In this document: positions 35,695-42,179 of the stretch, in pieces | Layout of the letters: each line of letters opens with the position of its first letter | Position numbering within the stretch: the stretch's first letter is position 1 | DNA from: an uncultured Anaerolineaceae bacterium | GTDB lineage: Bacteria > Chloroflexota > Anaerolineae > Anaerolineales > Anaerolineaceae | Length of the DNA stretch: 42,179 nucleotides | Reading direction: 5' to 3' | Assembly: GCA_964624615.1 (NCBI GenBank) | Contig: CAZUZM010000003.1 | Coordinates: 3,241 to 45,419 of the forward strand | Notes under the pieces: model-generated | What the model was told of the DNA's origin: nothing | The model's database searches: none | What the model saw: only the letters and a program-made list of their open reading frames with translations | Translations under genes and position numbers: made by a program

Positions 35695-36565
35695 CTTTGT
35701 TTATCTTTAATATGGGGTTCAGGCGCATCACGGTCGCCAAATCACGGTAGAAGTAGTTCGGTTCGCCGAAGCGCACCATTTTTAGGGAGTTTTTGTTGCA
35801 ACTCACCACCACCCGGTCACTGTTGTTGAGGTAAATCGGGCGCATACCGTCCACGCTTAAAATGGCATCATTGTCACTCTTCTTGCGCAGGGTCACCTTA
35901 GCGCCTTCAGCTAAAACCACACCACGATCCAAAGAAAGGTGCGGTGACACCGGTAAGATGAGCATATTGCGCAACTCGGGCGGCAAAATGGGACCACCAG
36001 CGGAAAAAGCATAGGCCGTAGAACCCGTGGCAGTGCTGACAATCAAACCATCCGCCTTATAGGAAGCCAAAAAGCCTTCGCTAAGGTCGACACGTACCTC
36101 AATCGGGCGTACGTCGCTGCCCCGACTGATGACGATTTCGTTGATAACATCCCACCGTCCATTAACGATGTCGTTGCGAACCAACTCCGCGTTGAGCATC
36201 ATGCGACTTTCGATGCGGAAGTCGCCCTTCATTAAACGATCGAGTTTGGTGGTCAGATCTTCATCCTTAACTTCCACCAAAAAGCCAAGTGTGCCGGCCT
36301 GGATGCCTAAAAGCGGCACTTCATTCACCGCACAGAGGTGACCAGCGCGCAAAAGCGTACCGTCGCCACCGATAACAATCACCAAATCGCTGCCTACAAG
36401 AACTGGTTTATCACTTTTGCTATCAAAGTCATAGGCAAAAATGTCAGTATGCACATTGCGGCCGTGAAAATACTCATGAACGTCCTTGGCAATCGCCATG
36501 GCTTTGGGCACACCAGCATTTGGCATGAGTAAAATGTTCTTGGGAATAAAGTTTTGCTCTGACAT
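35687..36565 (-). CDS. nadK: NAD+ kinase
   Basis: VIVIGGDGTLLRA and STATGSTAYAFSAGGPI. Confidence 0.92.
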   Translation of the reverse strand: MSEQNFIPKNILLMPNAGVPKAMAIAKDVHEYFHGRNVHTDIFAYDFDSKSDKPVLVGSDLVIVIGGDGTLLRAGHLCAVNEVPLLGIQAGTLGFLVEVKDEDLTTKLDRLMKGDFRIESRMMLNAELVRNDIVNGRWDVINEIVISRGSDVRPIEVRVDLSEGFLASYKADGLIVSTATGSTAYAFSAGGPILPPELRNMLILPVSPHLSLDRGVVLAEGAKVTLRKKSDNDAILSVDGMRPIYLNNSDRVVVSCNKNSLKMVRFGEPNYFYRDLATVMRLNPILKINKDD

Positions 36566-36642
36566 GGTGATATTATAGCCCTAAACATTCGCCATGACCA
36601 AAAAAAAGCGGTATCATTTGAAGTGTAACAGGGTGACACGCT

Positions 36643-37461
36643 ATGAGCCATCAAAATAAGCCAATCAACAGCACGCCTTTCCTTCAGCGACTCAAGCCTC
36701 TGATGGGTCTGTTTTATAGCGTTGGAGCGTTCGTGGTCTTTGTGTTGCTTTGGCAAATACTGTTTGCCCTGCTCAAATTGCCCACCTTCATTCTGCCCAG
36801 TCCAAAAATGGTTTGGCAGAAGTTTATCGGCATTTTGCTTGATGGCACATGGTGGCACCACCTTTCCTGGACTTTACTTGAAATTGTATTGGGCTTACTC
36901 ATTGGCTTGATTGCTGCCATGCTGATTGGCTACGCACTTTCAAAACTACCCAAAATGGAGCGTTTTCTTTCACCATTCCTGGTGGGTAGCAGTTCTCTGC
37001 CCATGGTGGCGGTAGCTCCCTTGCTGATTATCTGGTTTGGCATAGGTCTTGGTTCAAAAGTCCTCATTTGCGCCTTGACTGTCTTCTTCCCTGTTTTGGT
37101 TAACGTCTTAATAGGTTTGCGCGAGACCCCACAAGAGCTTCACCAGTTAATGCAATCGCTCAACGCCAGTCCCTGGCAAAAGCTTTGGCATCTTGAAATC
37201 CCTGGCGCGATGCCGGTTTTGCTCGGCGGTTTACGCGTGGGCACGACGCTTTCGGTTATCGGTGCGATTGTTGGCGAGTTGGTTAGTTCAGACCGCGGAC
37301 TGGGCTTTTTGATTAATGTAGGACGCGGTCAATATGACACCGCGCTGGTTTTTGTGGCTGTGATTAGCCTTATTTTTATGGCGTCATTGCTCTATTACGC
37401 AGTTTTGCTCTTGGAACGCAAAGTTCTGGCATGGCAAACCTGGCGAAAGGATCCGTTATGA
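36643..37461 (+). CDS. ABC transporter permease (NitT/TauT-type)
   Basis: Six predicted helices. The EAA-like loop is LNASPWQKLWHLEIPGAMP. Confidence 0.88.
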   Translation: MSHQNKPINSTPFLQRLKPLMGLFYSVGAFVVFVLLWQILFALLKLPTFILPSPKMVWQKFIGILLDGTWWHHLSWTLLEIVLGLLIGLIAAMLIGYALSKLPKMERFLSPFLVGSSSLPMVAVAPLLIIWFGIGLGSKVLICALTVFFPVLVNVLIGLRETPQELHQLMQSLNASPWQKLWHLEIPGAMPVLLGGLRVGTTLSVIGAIVGELVSSDRGLGFLINVGRGQYDTALVFVAVISLIFMASLLYYAVLLLERKVLAWQTWRKDPL

Positions 37462-38444
37462 ACAAAAAACTTTTTTCCACGCTACTCCTCATCTCTGTCT
37501 TGCTACTCGCTGCCTGCAAACCAGTTAGCCAGACTGATAAAGTCACGCCCATCACCTTAAATCTGACCTACATCCCTAATGTGCAATTTGCACCTTATTA
37601 TGTTGGGATTGAAAAGGGCTTTTTTGCTGAAGCAGGGTTGGATGTCACGATTAGCTACGGCAATGAAGCCGATATGATTGCCTTAGTCGGTGCTGGAAAA
37701 GAAACTTTTATGATTGCCTCCGGCGAACAAGTCTTAATGGCGCGTGGGCAGGGGTTACCAGTTCTTTCTGTTGCTAATTGGTACAAAGACTATCCGGTCG
37801 GTGTTGCCAGCCTGAAAGATGCCGGCATCCAAAGCCCCGGTGACCTAAAAGGCAAAACGATTGGCTTGCCGGGTCTTTTTGGCGCAAGCTACATTGGCTT
37901 CGAAGCCCTGGCACGGGCGGCAGAGCTCAAAGATAGCGATACCACCCTCAACGCCATCGGCTTCACCCAGGTTGAAAGCCTGGTAACCGAGCAGGTGGAT
38001 GCGGTGGTCGTCTATATCGCCAACGAGCCGGTGCAACTCAAAGCGCGTGGCTACGATATCAACCTCATCAAAGTGGCGGACAGTGCCAACTTAGTTGGAA
38101 ACTGCCTGGTGACCAACGAAAATGCCGTGAAAGAAAACAAAGAACTGGTCAAGGCGATGACCCAGGCAGTCATTAAAAGCATTCGCTATGCCGCAGAAAA
38201 CCCAGACGAGGCGTTTGAAATTTGCAAAAAACATGTCGAAAACCTATCGCAACTCAGCACAGATGAACAAGCTATCCAGCGCCAGGTGCTTTTGGCGTCT
38301 ATCGCCATTTGGCAAACCGAAGCGCTGAGCCACGAAGCTCAAGCCAAAAAATGGCAAAATATGATGTCCCTCCTGATTGATTTAAAGCTTATGAACGAGA
38401 AAACAGAAATTGAAGGAGCTTTTAGTGACGCTTTCGACCGCTAA
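37458..38444 (+). CDS. ABC transporter substrate-binding lipoprotein (NMT1/THI5-like)
   Basis: ATG 37458 overlaps the permease TGA as ATGA. Lipobox LLLAAC. LNLTYIPNVQFAPYYVGIEKGFF is typical of NMT1-like SBPs. Confidence 0.85.
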   Translation: MNKKLFSTLLLISVLLLAACKPVSQTDKVTPITLNLTYIPNVQFAPYYVGIEKGFFAEAGLDVTISYGNEADMIALVGAGKETFMIASGEQVLMARGQGLPVLSVANWYKDYPVGVASLKDAGIQSPGDLKGKTIGLPGLFGASYIGFEALARAAELKDSDTTLNAIGFTQVESLVTEQVDAVVVYIANEPVQLKARGYDINLIKVADSANLVGNCLVTNENAVKENKELVKAMTQAVIKSIRYAAENPDEAFEICKKHVENLSQLSTDEQAIQRQVLLASIAIWQTEALSHEAQAKKWQNMMSLLIDLKLMNEKTEIEGAFSDAFDR

Positions 38445-39210
38445 ACCTGCGCTCGAACTACGCAAGCTTAGTGTCACCTTCACGGATAACGAAGGTGCGC
38501 TCGACGTTTTGGATAATCTAAACCTTGAGATTGCCAAGAACAGTTTTGTTTGTCTGATCGGACCCAGTGGCGGTGGTAAAAGCACGCTGCTACGTACTAT
38601 TAGTAGCTTAATTACGCCAAGCCAGGGTGAAATTCTCCTTTCGGGAGAGGTCTTGACTGCCCAGGCAAACAAAGCGGGTCTTGGAAAACGGGTCGGCATG
38701 GTTTTCCAAAAGCCAAACTTGATGCCCTGGCGCACACTATGGCAAAACATAGCCCTGCCTCTGGAAATTGAAAAAGTCCCCAAAGAGCGTATCCATAGCC
38801 AAGTCCAAGAGCTCATTTCACTGATGGGACTGGATGGTTTTGAGCAAGCCTGGCCCCACGAACTTTCCGGGGGCATGGCGCAACGCGTTGCCATCGCGCG
38901 CGCTCTAGCCCAGGATCCAGACCTTCTGCTTTTGGATGAACCCTTCGCCCAACTTGACGCGCTGAACCGCGAACGCATGGGCGAAGAGTTGTTGCGTGTT
39001 TGGGTTGAAAAACAAAAAACGGTTCTGATGGTTACTCATGCAGTGGATGAAGCTGTCTTTTTGGCAGACCGTGTTTTGGTGTTCAGCAAGCGACCCGCAC
39101 GGGTATCTTTGGATTTAGCCATCCCACTTCCCCGGCCGCGACAAAACACCCTGCGTTATAGCCCAGACTTCGTAAAGCTTTCCGAAACGCTCCATGCTGC
39201 ATTAAGTTAA
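38425..39210 (+). CDS. ABC transporter ATP-binding protein
   Basis: GPSGGGKST, LSGGMAQR and LLLLDEP. I chose GTG 38425, 6 nt after a GAAGGAG RBS. The track TTG at 38410 is less likely. Confidence 0.92.
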   Translation: MTLSTAKPALELRKLSVTFTDNEGALDVLDNLNLEIAKNSFVCLIGPSGGGKSTLLRTISSLITPSQGEILLSGEVLTAQANKAGLGKRVGMVFQKPNLMPWRTLWQNIALPLEIEKVPKERIHSQVQELISLMGLDGFEQAWPHELSGGMAQRVAIARALAQDPDLLLLDEPFAQLDALNRERMGEELLRVWVEKQKTVLMVTHAVDEAVFLADRVLVFSKRPARVSLDLAIPLPRPRQNTLRYSPDFVKLSETLHAALS

Positions 39211-39316
39211 ACAAAAATAATCATATCGTCTGATTTTCGAGCGCTAAAAAGGCATGTAACAGAGCGCTTTGTGGTATAGTTTAAGTTCCAAAACGGCTGT
39301 ATGCGTCGGAGAAAAC

Positions 39317-40354
39317 ATGCTCATCACAAAAGATCTGCTCATTCAACTCACCAAAGACTACCTCAACCGCCTTTTGCGCCAAAACAAAGAGATTGTTGCC
39401 GCTTATCTCACCGGCTCAATGCTCCAGGATGAACCGCTATTGGGTGGCAGCACGGATATCGACCTGGTTATCGTGCATAAAGAAGAACCTGCGGTGGGAC
39501 GGGAGATTCGGCGCGTCAAGAGCAATATTTCATTCGATATCGTACACCATCATCAGTCGCGCTACACCTTTCATCGCCGTATGCGCCAGGACGCCTGGCT
39601 AGGCTCCGCCTTACGCAACCATGACGCCATCATGTATGACACCGACCATTGGTTGGAATACATTCAAGCCGGTGTTGACTCACAGTACGACAGTCCAGAA
39701 AACACCCTCGCTCGTGCTCTCAAGTTTTCGGATGACGCACGCGCCTATTGGTTTGAGTTGGACGATGATGACGAAGCACCTTTTAGTGAATGGCTCAACG
39801 TTTTCTTTAAAGCTGTTGGCAGTGCCAGCAATGCCATTGCCGCACTGAGCGGTCCTGGGCTCACCCAACGTCGCTTTATGCTCGAGTTTCCTGCTCGTGC
39901 TGAAGCCGTGAATCAGCTTCCCCTAGTGGGTGATTTGGCACGCTTGATTGGCAATGAGCAAATGTCACCAGAAAACTATCAAAAATGGCGCCCTGTATGG
40001 GCGTTTTATATGGATCGCTGTGGCGAAAGCCCTGACTGCCCGCCCAATTTACATAAAGCGCGCAAAGCTTACTTTCTGGAAAGCTGTGACGCTCTGGTCG
40101 ATTCCGACAGGATTCATGGTGTTCTTTGGCCCATGCTTGAAACCTGGCGACAGATTGACCTTTGCCTCGGGGACAACCTTTTTGAGGAAGACTGTGAAGA
40201 TACGCCCACCACAGCTACCCAGCGGTGGCATCAGTTTGCTGGCGAAATGGGCTTTAGTTCTGAGAATAAAGAAGATAAGGCACATCAACTTGGTAGCTAC
40301 ATCGAGAAAGTTAATGATGTTTTGGAAGACTGGAAGCGCGAGTACGGACTCTAA
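39317..40354 (+). CDS. Pol-beta-type nucleotidyltransferase-domain protein, unknown function
   Basis: AAYLTGSMLQ...GGSTDIDLVIVH gives the G-S and DxD pattern. I did not recognise the remaining ~280 aa. ATG 39317 follows a GGAG RBS. Confidence 0.55.
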   Translation: MLITKDLLIQLTKDYLNRLLRQNKEIVAAYLTGSMLQDEPLLGGSTDIDLVIVHKEEPAVGREIRRVKSNISFDIVHHHQSRYTFHRRMRQDAWLGSALRNHDAIMYDTDHWLEYIQAGVDSQYDSPENTLARALKFSDDARAYWFELDDDDEAPFSEWLNVFFKAVGSASNAIAALSGPGLTQRRFMLEFPARAEAVNQLPLVGDLARLIGNEQMSPENYQKWRPVWAFYMDRCGESPDCPPNLHKARKAYFLESCDALVDSDRIHGVLWPMLETWRQIDLCLGDNLFEEDCEDTPTTATQRWHQFAGEMGFSSENKEDKAHQLGSYIEKVNDVLEDWKREYGL

Positions 40355-40365
40355 ACCATGAAAAA

Positions 40366-40636
40366 TGTGGATAATACGCTAAAAACTGTGGATAACCCCA
40401 CAGTTTTTGTTTATTTTGCCGATTAGAACCCCCAAAAGACTGTGGATAAGTCGTGCAAACTTTGTGGGTAACTTTGCCTTGATTTTTACAATGCTTTTCC
40501 TGCTGGGGATATGTGGAAAACCCCTCGTTTTGTCCATTCTTGAATGTGGAACAATTATCTATCCAAATCTTAACTCTTCAACGAGAGAAAACAAAGTCAG
40601 GGCATAAAAATGCAAGTGTTATCCACACCATCCACA
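40366..40636. promoter_or_regulatory. DnaA-box cluster (candidate oriC or DnaA-titration site)
   Basis: Perfect TGTGGATAA at 40366, 40387 and 40441, and perfect TTATCCACA at 40619. Near-matches are TGTGGGTAA (40463), TGTGGAAAA (40512), TGTGGAACA (40545) and CCATCCACA (40628). An AT-rich tract follows at 40637-40688. Confidence 0.6.
40381..40408 (+). terminator. Rho-independent terminator that embeds a DnaA box
   Basis: AAAAA-CTGTGG-ATAACC-CCACAG-TTTTT, 27 nt after the upstream stop. Confidence 0.65.
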
Positions 40637-40688
40637 GCCCCTACTAATAATACGACTTTAACTCATTTAATAAGATAATGACATTAAG

Positions 40689-42167
40689 TTAAGGTTTTGC
40701 CCAATACACCAAAGGGAAATATATCTTCACTTTTTGATCTGTTGAATTCAGCCTTAATCTGTAAACAAATCCAAGGTCTTCTCTATTGTTTAGCTGAGGG
40801 TCAATGGATAGACCCTGGATGTAAACCTGCAACCCCTCCGGTGGCACTTCCGAAATGGGTATGCTAAATGAAAAATCCATCAGTCGTGGGTTTTGTTCGT
40901 TTGGATTTAGGTTGACAATTGGGATTTTCGTTGCATCCCTGTGCCAAGGCGGAAGGTTAATCGAGAAGTGGGCTGCACTCACATAAGGTTCCGGTCGAAA
41001 ATTGCGATACAGGGTGTTTGTATCGAGGATTCCCGAAATCTCAAAAGACTGCCTTTCACTATCCTTTTGTAGTTCTACATCACGCACTTCTGGACCAGCT
41101 GAGTATTCCAACGGTATTGGCAATGATTTCAAGGCATTTAGTAAGCTTTGCATTGCAGGATTTACCAGTCTACTTTCAAAAACATTACAGGTTGGAATGT
41201 CTCCACCACCCATCTCACTGCTAATGCGGTAAAGCAAAGCGGTGATGCCCAATGTGTCATGCGCGTAATCGACCAGGGAGCCTGATTGTAACTCAACCAG
41301 TTCGGCGTTTCCGGGCATTGGCACTGCGCTTGCGCCATATAGTATTTTGTTAGCCAGGATTTGATAGGCTTCAAAACCTTCAGGCAGATGCGTTTTGGAA
41401 TACAGGTAAGGCGAGATCAAGGCATCTTGCCAGCCTTCCAGGTTAATAAGCAAAGCGGCGTGGGGATTGGTTTGGGTCTTAGCTTGTAAATAAGCTGCGA
41501 TCGCTTGCGTTTCCGGTTCTGAAGCTGGTGCAAGTCCTGGATGTTTGGTATGACAAGCGTCTGTGGGATACTCTTGCCATTGAAACGAGAAGTTGTGTTC
41601 AAGCGAAACACCACCATTTTCACCAGTACAGGTGCCAGGATTGGTGTTCTTGGTCCAGGTAATTGAGTCGGCAACGCCATCACCTAACGCCTGAGATTCT
41701 GCTCTTTCGCGTCCATCGGGATTTGCGAGAAAAATGAAATGAATTGCGAAGAAATCACGCAAAAAAGCTATTTCATCTTGAAGCGACGCCTGAGTCAAAA
41801 TAAATTCTGCAAAACGCAGATTGATTTCTGTTGCCGCAAAGGACTTAGCTTTGAGTCCACTCACCAAAAAAAGGCTGGGTTTAGACTCAGGTTGGTTTTT
41901 ATCTTCTATTGTCATGGCGATAAGGTCATGGCCCGAACCGAATTGAGCCTTTTCCCATGAATCACCGATATCTTCGACAGTTACCCATTGCGGGTGCTGG
42001 TTTTCGAGATGTAATGCAGCTTGGTAGATTGATTCAAGGTTACGATAGCAATTAAACCCTGGAATGGTAGCCGTCTTTGCTGTTACAGGTGCTTCTGATA
42101 TGGGACATGTTGAAAAGAGGATGATGACAATAATAAAAAAGAACAACCGCAAAAGTTTTTTGTTCAT
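40689..42167 (-). CDS. Secreted M14 carboxypeptidase-like protein
   Basis: Signal peptide MNKKLLRLFFFIIVIILFS. FLANPDGRE and GVSLEHNF resemble the M14 NPDG and GVDLNRNF motifs. The zinc-ligand positions look substituted (see findings). Confidence 0.65.
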   Translation of the reverse strand: MNKKLLRLFFFIIVIILFSTCPISEAPVTAKTATIPGFNCYRNLESIYQAALHLENQHPQWVTVEDIGDSWEKAQFGSGHDLIAMTIEDKNQPESKPSLFLVSGLKAKSFAATEINLRFAEFILTQASLQDEIAFLRDFFAIHFIFLANPDGRERAESQALGDGVADSITWTKNTNPGTCTGENGGVSLEHNFSFQWQEYPTDACHTKHPGLAPASEPETQAIAAYLQAKTQTNPHAALLINLEGWQDALISPYLYSKTHLPEGFEAYQILANKILYGASAVPMPGNAELVELQSGSLVDYAHDTLGITALLYRISSEMGGGDIPTCNVFESRLVNPAMQSLLNALKSLPIPLEYSAGPEVRDVELQKDSERQSFEISGILDTNTLYRNFRPEPYVSAAHFSINLPPWHRDATKIPIVNLNPNEQNPRLMDFSFSIPISEVPPEGLQVYIQGLSIDPQLNNREDLGFVYRLRLNSTDQKVKIYFPLVYWAKP

Positions 42168-42179
42168 AGAAGGATTGCT

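Noticed and set aside
36566-36642. Possible TPP or other riboswitch upstream of the NMT1/THI5-like ABC operon.
   Set aside because: Only 77 bp are shared with the divergent nadK promoter, which is too short. I saw no CUGAGA / ACCUGA-type conserved core.
38382-38978. 198-aa minus-strand ORF.
   Set aside because: It is antisense to the ABC ATPase gene, which has Walker A, signature and Walker B motifs. Its composition is Ser/Arg-rich shadow.
40407-40607. 66-aa plus-strand ORF in the DnaA-box region.
   Set aside because: It has no RBS and starts at a non-ATG codon. It runs across four DnaA boxes, and its sequence is hydrophobic with low complexity. The region is better explained as non-coding.
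1-42179. Mobile elements, CRISPR arrays, toxin-antitoxin pairs and prophage genes across the window.
   Set aside because: I recognised no transposase, integrase, recombinase or cas genes. I also saw no terminal inverted repeats or regularly spaced direct repeats on either strand.

Overview
This is a 42.2 kb bacterial chromosomal segment. The coding style (Pro/Thr-rich secreted lipoproteins, many 4-nt ATGA overlaps) fits a Chloroflexota/Anaerolineae-like genome, but that placement is inference only. Most of the window is housekeeping: dnaK, pgm, glgC, priA, recN, nadK, rnhB, ssb, tRNA-Pro, an SRP RNA missing from the ORF track, transporters and cell-envelope enzymes. I found no transposase, integrase, CRISPR array or prophage signature.

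Five loci deserve a second look:
1. 14268-20386: a tightly coupled four-gene operon of NurA-like nuclease, a 203-aa stand-alone HAS-barrel-like protein, HerA-like ATPase and a Rad50/SbcC-like zinc-hook ATPase. No Mre11/SbcD phosphoesterase is present anywhere in the window.
2. 3040-3782: a Cas4/RecB-like Fe-S nuclease split at an ATGA overlap into two polypeptides, each with a predicted TM helix. The four cluster cysteines are divided 1+3 between them.
3. 4687-6073: an ssb / DUF3467 / translin-TRAX (C3PO-like, ExxE retained) operon.
4. 40366-40636: eight DnaA boxes (four perfect TTATCCACA) followed by an AT-rich tract, with no dnaA nearby. This is a candidate oriC or a DnaA-titration locus.
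5. 2886-2988, minus strand: the SRP RNA with a near-consensus promoter, masked by a spurious N-terminal ORF extension.

All homology calls were made by eye from remembered family motifs. None was verified by a search.
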